Part shown: piece by piece, positions 1 to 10,568 of the stretch | How positions within the stretch are numbered: position 1 is the stretch's first letter | Layout of the letters: each line of letters begins with the position of its first letter | From: Leptospira sp. | GTDB taxonomy: Bacteria > Spirochaetota > Leptospiria > Leptospirales > Leptospiraceae | Length of the DNA stretch: 47,249 nt | Direction of reading: 5' to 3' | NCBI GenBank assembly: GCA_034439575.1 | Contig: JAWXAQ010000001.1 | Coordinates: forward strand, 1-47,249 | The notes under the pieces: model-generated | Databases searched by the model: none | What the model was told of the DNA's origin: nothing | The model's input: only the letters and a program-made list of their open reading frames with translations | Made by a program: the position numbers and the translations under genes

Positions 1-743
1 ACGGCGTAAATGCTAAGTTTGTGGGTCATCCGATCACCAAACGAATCCCTGAAAAATTAAAAAAGGAACCGGCTCTTCCCGATGGACTTCCGCAAATGGG
101 AGAAGGATTTGTCATCGGTCTTCTTCCAGGTTCGAGAAAGGGTGAGATCACAAAATTAATCGATCCGATACTTGGAACGGCGAAACTACTTCATGAACAT
201 TTCAAAGAAACAAAAAAGGAGATTGTGTTTCTTTTACCCAATATCAACAAAAGTCTTGAACCTTTGATCTTGGCAAAAATCCAATCATTAATTAATGAGG
301 TCCCAGAAATAAAAATCCATTACCTATGGGATAGTTCTCTTCGTGTAATGAGTGCTAGTGATTTACTTTTGATTGCCTCTGGCACTGCCACACTTGAAGG
401 TTTATTTTTTGAAAAACCTATGGTCATCCTTTATAAAGTAAGCCTTTTTACTTTTGTCATTGGGTCATTACTCATTAAATCAAAGTTTATCGGCCTTGCG
501 AATATATTGTCTGGAACAGAAGTATGCAGAGAAATCACTCAAAACGAAGTGAAACCAAAGTACATTATCAAAGAAGCCTTAGAAATTTTAGAAAATAGAA
601 AATATAGAAATAAAATCATTAAAATCCTACAGGAAACCAAGGAACGCGAATTAGGTTCTCTAAATGGTTCAAGGCTTGCGGCAAAAGAAATTTCACATTT
701 CTATGGAGAGTTGGTTTATCATAAAGACGATATGCAAAGATAG
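1..743 (+). CDS. lpxB: Lipid-A-disaccharide synthase, 5'-truncated by window edge
   Basis: Motifs FVGHP, LLPGSRKGEI, ASGTATLE, PMVILYK and IGLANIL. The frame is open to the window start, so GTG at 21 is not the true start. Confidence 0.95.
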   Translation, partial: GVNAKFVGHPITKRIPEKLKKEPALPDGLPQMGEGFVIGLLPGSRKGEITKLIDPILGTAKLLHEHFKETKKEIVFLLPNINKSLEPLILAKIQSLINEVPEIKIHYLWDSSLRVMSASDLLLIASGTATLEGLFFEKPMVILYKVSLFTFVIGSLLIKSKFIGLANILSGTEVCREITQNEVKPKYIIKEALEILENRKYRNKIIKILQETKERELGSLNGSRLAAKEISHFYGELVYHKDDMQR

Positions 744-757
744 TAGGATGATCCCCT

Positions 758-1159
758 TTAACGAACTAAACGAACCACGCGGTTTTCCCAAGCACCCATC
801 CAAGTATGATCTTTGATTTCGGAAAATAAAAAATACCCAACTGCCTGTTCCTTGTCATTTGCAAAAAAGCTTATTGCTAAAGAATCCATTACAATGGCAA
901 AATCCTGATTGTTAAAATGAGCTGTTTTGGCATCCAAATCTAAAAATAAAATCTGATCTTTTGGGACTTCAGACACTTCTTCTTGGCCCTGCATTTTCCA
1001 TTGTCCTGAAATGTTTGGTAATGTGCTGATTTCCGGAGCAATGTCAGCCGCTCGCTCTTCTTTTTTGCAATGGCTGTTAAAAACCAAAATCATTGTTAAA
1101 TGGAGAATAAAAATAGAAATTTTCGAAAGGTAAAACGATTTTGTAATTTTTTCATTCAT
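758..1159 (-). CDS. Hypothetical (lipo)protein
   Basis: ATG at 1159 directly after the upstream stop. Hydrophobic N-terminus ends in FNSHC (possible spirochaetal lipobox), followed by a small beta-rich domain. Confidence 0.7.
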   Translation of the reverse strand: MNEKITKSFYLSKISIFILHLTMILVFNSHCKKEERAADIAPEISTLPNISGQWKMQGQEEVSEVPKDQILFLDLDAKTAHFNNQDFAIVMDSLAISFFANDKEQAVGYFLFSEIKDHTWMGAWENRVVRLVR

Positions 1160-1161
1160 AT

Positions 1162-3348
1162 TTATTTCACCGAACAACGTTTATTCTCTTCTTCTGAAAA
1201 AGCCCATGATCCTCTTGTTTCACCAAGAAGCCCATATACATTATAAACAAAAAATCCATTTTTATTTTGTGCATAACCTCTCAGATCCATATTGTTTGAT
1301 ATGATCACCAAGTTTCTTATATAGTCTGAATCAAAATAATGATCTAAATTGTATTCGATAGTGACTGGTTCTGAGATGGCTTTTTCTGGTAAGTTTAACT
1401 TTCCCCAAATCTCTTTACCCACAATTTTGGTTTTATCTAATTTTAAAAAATAATTGATTCGTGCATCTTTTGAAAGTGTATAATAATCACTGCCTTGGCT
1501 CGCAAAACTATAATCCAAATTCACATTTTCTGGTACGATGTTCATACCACAAATTTCAGACCAAGTCCGATGCCAAGGATAGGCATTTAATAATAGGGCG
1601 AAGGAAAAATTTGGTGTTTTGGTCGCGAAGTATGAATTGATCGTAATTTTTGATCCGCTTTCAGGAAGGAGAAGATTCATATTCCATCTTCCGTCTTTAA
1701 TGAGAAAATTTCCTTTTAACTCACCCGCTGTGGCACTGCCTTCATAAGGGAAAAATTGATTCGCAAGGAGTGTAAAATCTAAGTTAGTTGATTCTAAAAT
1801 ATATTTGTATATTTTTTTCTGATAAAAATATTCTTCAGGAATTAGTTTTTCCTGCCTTTCTTTAATTTCATCCAAGGTTTCTTTTTTCCAGGCATCATAT
1901 AACAAATACCAATTATTAGCATAAATTTCATTTACTTTTAAGTTGGCTTTTGTTTTGGAATTAAGAGGATAATAGAAAGTGCCATCTGCTTTTTTTGATC
2001 GTGTCCAATCTAGAACAGATGTTAGATCCAATTGTAAAGGTTTATTGAACAATTCTCCTTTTAGATTAAATGTTAGATTGTTTCCTTCCCCAATTTTAAA
2101 TTCGCCTGTCCCATGTTGAAACGTCAATAATTCAGATTGCCACTCTAATTCATCTCCACCTATATTGACTCTCGTTTGGAACCATTTGTTTTTTTCACCA
2201 GTTTCTTTCATTTCTATATTTCCGCGAATTTTTCCATGTAATGGTAATGATTCTCCGGAAGAAATTTCTCTTAATAAACTTGTGATAGGTTCTAAATCAT
2301 CCACATTAAATTGAATTTTTCGAACAAGTAACTCTTCTTTTCCTGGCAATATTTCATCTTCGATTTTCATCTGAAAATCAAGGGAAGAAAAATCTCTGGT
2401 TTCTTTCGATTTTTCAAAGAAAAATTTTTCTTTAAATCGCAGACCATTGATCATAAAACTTGGAATTAAAGGAAAGATAAAGTTTGAATTCTCAAACTCA
2501 ACATCTCCTTTGATAAAATTAGAACCATCTGCTTGTCTTTCCCATGTTGCCATACCGAGAAGGACAGCATCTTGCACGGGAGTTCCGAGTAAGTAACTCG
2601 CAACTAAAGGTGCCTCTTCAGATGGATAATTTTTCCATTGGAGACTAAATTTAAAATCATTCTCATTTGTTTCAGAAAGGTATCCTTCTCCTCTAACACG
2701 CGTTGTATTTGGTACCCAAAACATTCCATTATCGTATTCGATAATAATTTTACCAGCTTGGCGATAAAACCGTATGTCCCAACCTTCTTTCCAATCAAGG
2801 ACTGTTATATCACCTTTTTTAAGATTCACCCTTGTATTATGAAAGATCACTTCTTTCACTTTTGTGGATTTAAAATAATTCAAAAGATTTTTTTCTAAGG
2901 ATTCATTATTAGCAAGTGTTAGTTCAGGACTAAAAAAATCAATCCTATCGATTTGAGGGACTTTAGTAAAATAGGAAGACACATGAAATGTTACTTTTTT
3001 AACTTTAAGAAGGTGTGTGTTAAATGAAAAATCTTCTTCACTGGAAATAAGCAAATCTTCCAATATCAATCCTTCTCGTAGAGAAAAATCAACAACACCT
3101 AAATCTACCGCTTTGCTTAATTCTTTATTTATAGTCGAGGTGATGATAGAACGAATGGCAACGAGAGGTACCTTACGGGTCTTAAAGTAATATTCGATTC
3201 CAAAATAGATAAGTATAAAAACAATAGTTACCAAGGCCAATGCAAGACCTGAATACAAATGCCCTTTGAATCTTTTGATTAACGCTAGAAATTCGGAGAG
3301 TTTGACCCTCAAATCTTTTTCTGAAATGAGGGTGAGAGAAAACTTCAA
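1162..3348 (-). CDS. Membrane-anchored beta-rich protein, AsmA-like (resembles Leptospira LIC_12586 family)
   Basis: 728 aa with one N-terminal TM helix, then an AsmA-N-like segment (LGVVDFSLREGLILEDLLIS) and long amphipathic beta-strand content. Family name is from recall. Confidence 0.65.
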   Translation of the reverse strand: MKFSLTLISEKDLRVKLSEFLALIKRFKGHLYSGLALALVTIVFILIYFGIEYYFKTRKVPLVAIRSIITSTINKELSKAVDLGVVDFSLREGLILEDLLISSEEDFSFNTHLLKVKKVTFHVSSYFTKVPQIDRIDFFSPELTLANNESLEKNLLNYFKSTKVKEVIFHNTRVNLKKGDITVLDWKEGWDIRFYRQAGKIIIEYDNGMFWVPNTTRVRGEGYLSETNENDFKFSLQWKNYPSEEAPLVASYLLGTPVQDAVLLGMATWERQADGSNFIKGDVEFENSNFIFPLIPSFMINGLRFKEKFFFEKSKETRDFSSLDFQMKIEDEILPGKEELLVRKIQFNVDDLEPITSLLREISSGESLPLHGKIRGNIEMKETGEKNKWFQTRVNIGGDELEWQSELLTFQHGTGEFKIGEGNNLTFNLKGELFNKPLQLDLTSVLDWTRSKKADGTFYYPLNSKTKANLKVNEIYANNWYLLYDAWKKETLDEIKERQEKLIPEEYFYQKKIYKYILESTNLDFTLLANQFFPYEGSATAGELKGNFLIKDGRWNMNLLLPESGSKITINSYFATKTPNFSFALLLNAYPWHRTWSEICGMNIVPENVNLDYSFASQGSDYYTLSKDARINYFLKLDKTKIVGKEIWGKLNLPEKAISEPVTIEYNLDHYFDSDYIRNLVIISNNMDLRGYAQNKNGFFVYNVYGLLGETRGSWAFSEEENKRCSVK

Positions 3349-3355
3349 AGGGGAC

Positions 3356-4045
3356 TTAGAGTTTACCTTCTGGTTGTAATACTTCTAAACATTCCTTTTG
3401 TATGGAACGCAGAGTTTCATTTTCAGGAAAGTCTTCCAAACCAAGGTTTGTCACTTGGAGGCTTTTTTGGTAAAATCCTGTATTTTTATATTCAAATCCC
3501 ATTTTCAGATAGGTTTTAGCCGCTGTTTCGTAGTAAAACTCATCTTTCTTTTGGTTACCCTTATGGTATGTTTTTGTGAGAGCCGCGAGAGCTGGGTAAT
3601 ATTCCCGTTCTGCAACGAGTGACTGAACAACTAGTTTTTTACGCTCAGGATTGTAAGTTTTGTCCAATTTTTCGGATTGGTTGAGATACTGAATCCCCTT
3701 CGCATACTGGTTTTTGCCAATATGAGCCTTTCCTAGGTAAAGATTCCATTCAGATTGGTTGACATTCGCTCCTTTGAGTGTGGTAACCGCATTCAAAGTC
3801 GTAATGGAGTCATCATACTTCCCAAGGTCGAGCAAGAGCTTCCCTTTGGTGAGTAAAAGTTTAGATTTCGCATCATCTCCCAGAGGAGATTTTAGTTCAC
3901 GGTCAATATTTTCAATTTGAGAGAGGTGGGAACTCGTATCAATTTTCGCAGTCCCGCCAGCTCGGACGGAATCATCCGTCGTAGCACAATTTCCAATTAC
4001 TACCGCCAACACCAATAAAAGGGTTAGTGGGAAAAGTCGTTTCAT
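3356..4045 (-). CDS. TPR-repeat lipoprotein
   Basis: Signal peptide ending VIGNC; TPR-like helical repeats (LGKYDDSITTL, YLGKAHIGKNQYAKGIQYL); start overlaps the helicase stop. Confidence 0.8.
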   Translation of the reverse strand: MKRLFPLTLLLVLAVVIGNCATTDDSVRAGGTAKIDTSSHLSQIENIDRELKSPLGDDAKSKLLLTKGKLLLDLGKYDDSITTLNAVTTLKGANVNQSEWNLYLGKAHIGKNQYAKGIQYLNQSEKLDKTYNPERKKLVVQSLVAEREYYPALAALTKTYHKGNQKKDEFYYETAAKTYLKMGFEYKNTGFYQKSLQVTNLGLEDFPENETLRSIQKECLEVLQPEGKL

Positions 4046-6063
4046 TAGCCTACCTTCAGTTTCTCTAATTCCTCAAGGAAATTAAGTGTTTCAGCTTCTC
4101 TATCCTTGGTTTCCAATGGAAACCGTTGGACCGCGTCCTGAGAAAGCTCTTCTATAAATCGAGAGGGAGCGCCCTCAATTTGTTCCCCAAATTTGCGTCT
4201 TGTACGAGCCCCAGTCAAGTACAATTTGGCTCTGGGACGGGTCATACCGACGTAGAGAAGCCGTCTTTCTTCATTGACTGCCTCTCCTTCTTCTATAACA
4301 CGCGAGTTCGGTAAAATTCCCTCTTCCAAGCCCACTAAAAAAACTAAATCGTATTCCAAACCCTTGGACTGGTGCATGGTCAATAATTGCACTCTCCGAT
4401 CCGTCTCTTCTTCTTTCGGCTCATCTTCCATTAAAAGTGCTAATCTTTGCAAAAAATCGAATAATTTCGGTCTTTCTGTGCGATCTTCTTCATCTTCAAA
4501 GTAGGAAAGCATGTTCACAAGTTCGCTCAAATTGTACATTCGCGCCTTGATGATCTTTTCCTCTGTTTCTTCCATGGAAATTTCTCGCTCAAAACCGATT
4601 TGGGAGATCATTTCCTTTAAAACGGGTGCCATTTTTGGAGATAGTGCGAACTTCTTTTTGAAAGTTTCTACAAGTTCCACAAAGTGATAGATTTCTTGGC
4701 GAACCTTGGTGCGCACTTCGGGGAGATAATCCACGCTTTCTACGATTTTCAAAAAGACTTCAAAGAGGGAAAGGCCCTTTGCATAACACTCTTCTTGCAA
4801 TTTTTGGATCGTGCCTGGTCCTATTCCGCGTTTCGGATAATTTAAAATTCGTAATAACGAATAATCGTCTTTCGTATTTGCCACATAACGCAAGTAAGAT
4901 ATACAATCTCGAATTTCTTTACGGTCGAAAAAGTTATAACCGCCCACAACTTTATAAGGAATGTTTCGATTTCGAAGTTCTTCTTCAAAGGGTCTAGATT
5001 GAAAATTTGTTCGAAATAATATAGCTATCTCATTTCCCCTGAATTGATTTTTGAGAAGTATATTTTGAATACGACTTGCAACAAAGATCGCTTCTTCTTT
5101 CTCATCTGCTGTTTCATAGTATTCGACTAACTCTGCCGAATGAATCCGACTATATAATTCTTTTTCCTTTCTACCAATATTGTTTTTGATGAGGGAATTC
5201 GCAGCCGCAATGATAGGTGAAGTCGAACGGTAATTTTCAAGTAAGCGCACTACTTTGGCATTGGGAAATTCTTTTTCAAAATTAAGTATTAGCTCGACAT
5301 TGGAGCCCCGAAATGCATATATACTTTGGTCGTCGTCGCCTACGACACAAAGATTTTCGCTATTTCCACGGAATCTGGAAAGAAATTCATATTGCAATTG
5401 GTTTGTATCTTGAAATTCATCTACAAGGAAATATTGGTATTTTTTATGATATGCCTCAGCCACTTCCGGAAATTCGGCTAACACGCGCTTTGGCAATAAT
5501 ATCAAATCATCAAAATCAATCGCATTTTTTTCTTTCAATCCTTCTTCATACATTGGATAAAGTTCGTTGGCAACTAAATTGAATTCATCTACCACATCAA
5601 GACTTTGGTTTCTCACACTACCCTGTGTATTTTTTGCGTAAGAGATGCGTCGTAAAATTTCTTTAGGCGGAACTTTTTTGGTATCGATTTTTTTGATTTT
5701 AAGAAGTTCTGAAACAAATGATTCTTGGTCGCCTGCATTAAAAAGTAGAAATGTTTCGTGATATCCGAGTTTGGTGATGTGTTCTTTGAGAATCTTTAGG
5801 CCTAATGAATGAAAGGTGGATAGGATGATCCCTTTTAGTTTTTCTCTAGGCACCATTTTTCGAAGCCTATCTGCCATCTCTTTCGCACTCTTATTAGTAA
5901 ACGAAAGGGCCACAATTTTTCCAGCAGAGATATGTTTGTTTTGAATCATATGTGCAATACGGTTAGTTATGACTCGGGTCTTTCCTGAGCCAGCTCCCGC
6001 AAAAACAAGGAGTGGGCCTTCGACCGTATTGACAGCTTCCATTTGGGCAGGATTGAGTTTCAT
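4045..6063 (-). CDS. ATP-dependent DNA helicase, UvrD/Rep/PcrA family
   Basis: LNPAQ Q-motif, AGAGSGKT, VDEFQDTN, VGDDDQSIYAFRG, NYRST, TMHQSKGLEY, EERRLLYVGMTR. Probable start MKLNPAQ at 6063. Short C-terminus is Rep-like. Confidence 0.95.
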   Translation of the reverse strand: MKLNPAQMEAVNTVEGPLLVFAGAGSGKTRVITNRIAHMIQNKHISAGKIVALSFTNKSAKEMADRLRKMVPREKLKGIILSTFHSLGLKILKEHITKLGYHETFLLFNAGDQESFVSELLKIKKIDTKKVPPKEILRRISYAKNTQGSVRNQSLDVVDEFNLVANELYPMYEEGLKEKNAIDFDDLILLPKRVLAEFPEVAEAYHKKYQYFLVDEFQDTNQLQYEFLSRFRGNSENLCVVGDDDQSIYAFRGSNVELILNFEKEFPNAKVVRLLENYRSTSPIIAAANSLIKNNIGRKEKELYSRIHSAELVEYYETADEKEEAIFVASRIQNILLKNQFRGNEIAILFRTNFQSRPFEEELRNRNIPYKVVGGYNFFDRKEIRDCISYLRYVANTKDDYSLLRILNYPKRGIGPGTIQKLQEECYAKGLSLFEVFLKIVESVDYLPEVRTKVRQEIYHFVELVETFKKKFALSPKMAPVLKEMISQIGFEREISMEETEEKIIKARMYNLSELVNMLSYFEDEEDRTERPKLFDFLQRLALLMEDEPKEEETDRRVQLLTMHQSKGLEYDLVFLVGLEEGILPNSRVIEEGEAVNEERRLLYVGMTRPRAKLYLTGARTRRKFGEQIEGAPSRFIEELSQDAVQRFPLETKDREAETLNFLEELEKLKVG

Positions 6064-6203
6064 CGCGTGAACCAAGCTCGATCTTGGTAAGGGACATAAT
6101 TCGCCCACTTTCCCCCAGGTCGAGTCAAAAATTACAATAGGGCAATGTCTGAAAGAAGGATACTGTATCTAATATTGCACAATTTTCTAAGAAAAATTCT
6201 CAC

Positions 6204-6803
6204 CTAGCGAGGAGGGGCAGTTTTTTCTAAATTCGTTTTTAGGCAATGCAGACGCATAAAATCGATCAAATCCAAATCTTCTGCGACAGGATAGACTTTC
6301 CGAAAATCAAACCAATCGAGCGTAGTATAAAGAGAAAGTTCAGCTCGACCCATTTGCCTATCTGAAAAAAAATACCCTTGTTTCAATTCACCTTTCACGT
6401 ATGAGATAACGGACGCTATTCGGTCGTTTTGCTTTTTCAAATACGCAGATTGATTTGGTGATACTCCGTCCTTGTTTAAATAAAATAGATTTATCCCAGC
6501 ATCCAAAGCCCCATCAATGGCATTCACCAAATTGAGTTCTTGGATACGTGTTTCAGCATTGTAATCTCTAAACTGGGAAAATTTATTTTTTTCACAGAGA
6601 TAATCTGTGATCGTATGGCTGTCCCAAATTTTTAAATCATCTACTTCAAAATAAGGAACTTTCCAAAGAGGGTTTTTGGTTCGTAATTCCTTTTGCCCCT
6701 CTTCTGTCATAGTATCAATCAGATCAAAACTCACACCAAGCTCTAACAATAAAAAACGAATACGACGGACATAAGGTGAAGTCAAACTTCCATATAATTT
6801 CAT
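6204..6803 (-). CDS. Glutathione S-transferase family protein
   Basis: MKLYGSLTSPYVRRIR, NPLWKVP and WDSHTITDYL motifs. Start placed at ATG 6803 because the longer ORF overlaps the divergent gene. Confidence 0.88.
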   Translation of the reverse strand: MKLYGSLTSPYVRRIRFLLLELGVSFDLIDTMTEEGQKELRTKNPLWKVPYFEVDDLKIWDSHTITDYLCEKNKFSQFRDYNAETRIQELNLVNAIDGALDAGINLFYLNKDGVSPNQSAYLKKQNDRIASVISYVKGELKQGYFFSDRQMGRAELSLYTTLDWFDFRKVYPVAEDLDLIDFMRLHCLKTNLEKTAPPR

Positions 6804-6914
6804 AGGACAAAGATTTATTTCAGAATTTTTAAACAAAGCAAAGAAAAAATCTTCTGCTAAAATTTTGATGAAAATCACTTTCCTATTAAATTCATTTTTT
6901 CTATTGTGAATTAG

Positions 6915-7472
6915 ATGAAAAACCGAGAAAGATTGAATTGGAAAGAACATTTCCCTACACCCATTTACACACTCTCAAGTTTCGAAATTAAACTTCCAAG
7001 AGAAGATAGACTAAAAACTTATTTTGTTCTAAAATCAAAAGATTGGGTAAATGTTGTTCCGATCACAAAAGATGGGAAAATTTTACTCATCAAACAATAC
7101 CGCCATGGCATAGGGGAAATTAGTTTAGAACTACCTGGTGGCATCGTTGACGAAGATGGGCAAAATATAGAAACCGCATTACTTTCCGCCAAACGCGAAT
7201 TAAGAGAAGAAACTGGCTACACGACTTCCGATGATAAATATGAATTGATTAGTAAATTTTCAGGGAATCCAGCTATGTTTACCAATTGGTCGTATTCTTT
7301 TATCGCAAAGGATGTAGAGCTAACAGAGTCTGTTGAATTTGATGAAGGGGAAGATATAGAAATCATACTTGCAACAAAGAGCGAGGTCAAAGAATATCTG
7401 TTAAATGGTCAAATCCACCATCCCCATATGGCAGCTGCTTTAGGTTTGTATTTTCTATCAAATCCGACATGA
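6915..7472 (+). CDS. NUDIX hydrolase (ADP-ribose pyrophosphatase-like)
   Basis: Nudix box LELPGG...AKRELREETGY and KQYRH motif. Confidence 0.92.
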   Translation: MKNRERLNWKEHFPTPIYTLSSFEIKLPREDRLKTYFVLKSKDWVNVVPITKDGKILLIKQYRHGIGEISLELPGGIVDEDGQNIETALLSAKRELREETGYTTSDDKYELISKFSGNPAMFTNWSYSFIAKDVELTESVEFDEGEDIEIILATKSEVKEYLLNGQIHHPHMAAALGLYFLSNPT

Positions 7473-8710
7473 AACATTTTTTTTCATCACCTATTTTCAA
7501 ACACAGAGATTTTCGGTTTTTCATAACAGCACGTTTTTTTATGGTCCTTGCCATCAATATCCAAGCAACCATTGTTGGATGGCAAGTCTACGAGCTCACG
7601 GGAAATTTGCTGGATTTAGGATTGGTTGGTTTGTTTGAAGCCATCCCTTCCATAATTGTCGCCTTATACGCAGGCCACCTTGCAGACATTAAGGAAAGAA
7701 GATCCATTATTCTAATTTGCCTTGTAGTATTGTTTTTTTGTTCCGTAACTTTACTTATACTTAGTAAAGAACTCTCCACATTACTCGCCACATATGGAGC
7801 CTACCCTATCTTTTTTGTCATACTCATTTCAGGTATTGCCCGTGGATTTATTTCTCCTTCAATTTTCAGTTTTGTAACTCAAATTGTTCCCAGGGAACAT
7901 TACCCTCATTCAGCGGCATGGATGGGCACCTCCTTTCAAGCGGGAGCTGTGATTGGACCAGCCTTAGGTGGCCTACTTTATGGTTATTATGGAATACAAT
8001 CGGCTTACCTCCTGGATTGTTTTTGTATCGGTCTTCCCATATTTTTGTTTTTATTTATCTCACCAAGACCATTATTAGAAAAAAAGATACGAGAGCCACT
8101 CATCCAGAGTTTGAAAGCTGGCTTAAGTTTTGTTTGGAATCATCAGATTATGTTAGGTGCAATGGCCTTAGATATGTTTGCGGTGTTATTCGGTGGAGCC
8201 ATTGCCCTACTTCCCGTATTCGCCAAAGATATTTTATTTGTTGGCTCAGAAGGCTTAGGTATTTTAAGATCGGCCCCATCCTTTGGGGCCTTAGTGATGG
8301 CTTACTTTTTAACAAAAAAACCTCCATTGCAAAAATCAGGAAAAATTTTATTACTAAGTGTTTTTGGTTTTGGATTGTGTATGTTTGTATTTGGGCTTTC
8401 AAAAGTTTTTTGGTTATCTCTCATCGCACTTTTTCTATCTGGTTTATTTGATAGTGTATCGGTTGTTGTGCGATCAACAATTATGCAAACAATGACACCA
8501 GAAGATATGCGTGGTCGAGTGAGTTCTATCAATAAAATATTTATTGGCAGCTCAAATGAAATTGGGGCTTTTGAATCGGGACTGACTGCAAAATTGATGG
8601 GACCTGTGGGATCTGTTTTGGTAGGTGCGTTTATGACATTACTAATTGTAGGTCTATCCTATCGTTTTGCACCGAAACTAAAGAATCTCGAGCTAAAAGA
8701 TCATCTTTAA
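7469..8710 (+). CDS. MFS transporter (EntS/DHA3-like)
   Basis: About 12 TM segments, GHLADIKERR motif A, TPEDMRGRVSS; ATGA overlap with the NUDIX stop. Confidence 0.92.
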   Translation: MKHFFSSPIFKHRDFRFFITARFFMVLAINIQATIVGWQVYELTGNLLDLGLVGLFEAIPSIIVALYAGHLADIKERRSIILICLVVLFFCSVTLLILSKELSTLLATYGAYPIFFVILISGIARGFISPSIFSFVTQIVPREHYPHSAAWMGTSFQAGAVIGPALGGLLYGYYGIQSAYLLDCFCIGLPIFLFLFISPRPLLEKKIREPLIQSLKAGLSFVWNHQIMLGAMALDMFAVLFGGAIALLPVFAKDILFVGSEGLGILRSAPSFGALVMAYFLTKKPPLQKSGKILLLSVFGFGLCMFVFGLSKVFWLSLIALFLSGLFDSVSVVVRSTIMQTMTPEDMRGRVSSINKIFIGSSNEIGAFESGLTAKLMGPVGSVLVGAFMTLLIVGLSYRFAPKLKNLELKDHL

Positions 8711-8757
8711 AAAATGATGGTAAGATTCTTTTTAATTGAACATGGTGGTAGAAAATT

Positions 8758-8943
8758 ATGAGTGATATTATATTCAATTCCAAACTTCCCGAAAACAAAA
8801 AGGCTGAATTAGATCAGATGATTAAATCTATGTTAAACGAAATTAATACAAAAATCACTCATCTTGGAATAAATAATTTTGTCAGAATCAATGATGAAAT
8901 TGCAAAAATTATAGTCCCTCTTTTGGAAGATAAACTAAATTAA
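8758..8943 (+). CDS. Small hypothetical helical protein (61 aa)
   Basis: ATG with upstream GGTGG; fills the gap between MFS and PLD genes; its stop overlaps the convergent PLD stop (TTAA 8940-8943). Confidence 0.55.
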   Translation: MSDIIFNSKLPENKKAELDQMIKSMLNEINTKITHLGINNFVRINDEIAKIIVPLLEDKLN

Positions 8944-10568
8944 AAAACCAAACATTCTTTTTCTTTGAATCCATTTTGAATCTGCAATTGATGCAAATAT
9001 CGAATCCATTTTGAAATTTTACTGTTACTTTTTTTAGAACAAGAAAATAAATAACCCTTTTTCGTATTAAATACAATCCAAGATTCTGATTTAATCGTTG
9101 TTAAAAGTTGGATAGGAAAATCGGTTCCTTCAATGGGATTCCAAACTTTCGGGATTTTCTTTCCGTCCCATGTTATGATATTATTAATTTCTATTTTGGG
9201 AATAATATTTATTTTGATCCGGTCCCATAAGGTAAGGACGGAAAAATGCTCTACTGGTTTCAGTTCTGAAATCATCCAAGAAAATGTATTTGGCAAAGTA
9301 AAATTCGCGTAGCTTGAACGCATTGAATTGAATGAATTTAATTCTGATTCTGGTAGGGAATCTAAATAAGACGTACTAGCATTGATTTCTTTCATTAATC
9401 CGGAACTATTTTTATCAAATTCTATACTTTCACCTTTCGCATAACCAGACAAAATACCTAAAAAATTTTGTGTCTCCGTGAGATAAAATTTGTTTTCACT
9501 CACTTCCAAATTTTCCGTAGATTCAACATCTTGAGCGACTGCGAAAATGCGATTCCATTCTCCAATAAATTCCCTTATACTATTTTGATCGGTGAACTCT
9601 AAGAAAAATTCTCGATTGTCATCCCTTGCCGAAACAGTAAAATTATAAGAACCTACAAGAACTTTACTTTCATCAATAATCATTGTTTTGTGGTGCAAAA
9701 TCCCACCCGTATAACTTGAACCATTAAATTCTGTATCAAAATTGCCATCTGTGAGAATACTACATGGACTTGGTAAAACATTTGCTAAAATTTTCCCTTC
9801 TTCATTGAAAGGACTACCATTGTAAATACCTATTACCTTAACTCCTCGTTTGCAAGCTCTTACCAATTCAAAAGTTAGTAGTGGATCGTAATGAGTAAAA
9901 ATCATAAATCGTATATTTGATTTTGCATTCCGAACTGCAGATAACAATTGATTTTGTATCATATAACCAGCCTCCGGTGAAAATAAAATTTGAGAATTTT
10001 CTAAATTTAAAATCCCTAATTCATCTTCTTGGCGAAGAATGGCTATCAATTTGGTATATTCATCATTATTTAATTTTTCTTCCCAAAACACATTGTTATC
10101 TCGCAAAAGACCTGAAGTTGTATAATTTCCAGTGCCCCAAAAACTTTTAGTTTTATCAAAAATCCAAATTTTTGTATGATGGATACCAGAGCCATTCCAC
10201 CTAACTAGTGGTATGCCATATGATTCCAAAAGATCATAGGTTTCATCCTTATCACCTTGCAAAAATATCTTCACCCTTCTTTGTTTTGCCGACCGCAATG
10301 CTAAAATTACATCCAAATCATTCAAACCATAAATATATCCAACAATTTCTATATTTGCATTGTTTATATGTTCAATTAATTTCTTCCTAATTTTATTTTT
10401 ACTTTCTTCGGGTGTATCTCGTCCAGGATATGCAAAATAAAATTTAGTTTGAGGCTGATTCAAAAGTGGAATCAATGACTCTAAATTTAAAGAGGCATCC
10501 TTTTTTGAATGGCAATTCGTATAAGAAAACCATAGGAATATAAATATGAAGATTTTTAGAATGTTCAA
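8940..10568 (-). CDS. Phospholipase D superfamily lipoprotein (two HKD motifs; nuclease or phospholipase)
   Basis: HTKIWIFD...GTGNY and HHKTMIID...GSYNF; lipobox-like SYTNC. Confidence 0.9.
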   Translation of the reverse strand: MNILKIFIFIFLWFSYTNCHSKKDASLNLESLIPLLNQPQTKFYFAYPGRDTPEESKNKIRKKLIEHINNANIEIVGYIYGLNDLDVILALRSAKQRRVKIFLQGDKDETYDLLESYGIPLVRWNGSGIHHTKIWIFDKTKSFWGTGNYTTSGLLRDNNVFWEEKLNNDEYTKLIAILRQEDELGILNLENSQILFSPEAGYMIQNQLLSAVRNAKSNIRFMIFTHYDPLLTFELVRACKRGVKVIGIYNGSPFNEEGKILANVLPSPCSILTDGNFDTEFNGSSYTGGILHHKTMIIDESKVLVGSYNFTVSARDDNREFFLEFTDQNSIREFIGEWNRIFAVAQDVESTENLEVSENKFYLTETQNFLGILSGYAKGESIEFDKNSSGLMKEINASTSYLDSLPESELNSFNSMRSSYANFTLPNTFSWMISELKPVEHFSVLTLWDRIKINIIPKIEINNIITWDGKKIPKVWNPIEGTDFPIQLLTTIKSESWIVFNTKKGYLFSCSKKSNSKISKWIRYLHQLQIQNGFKEKECLVF

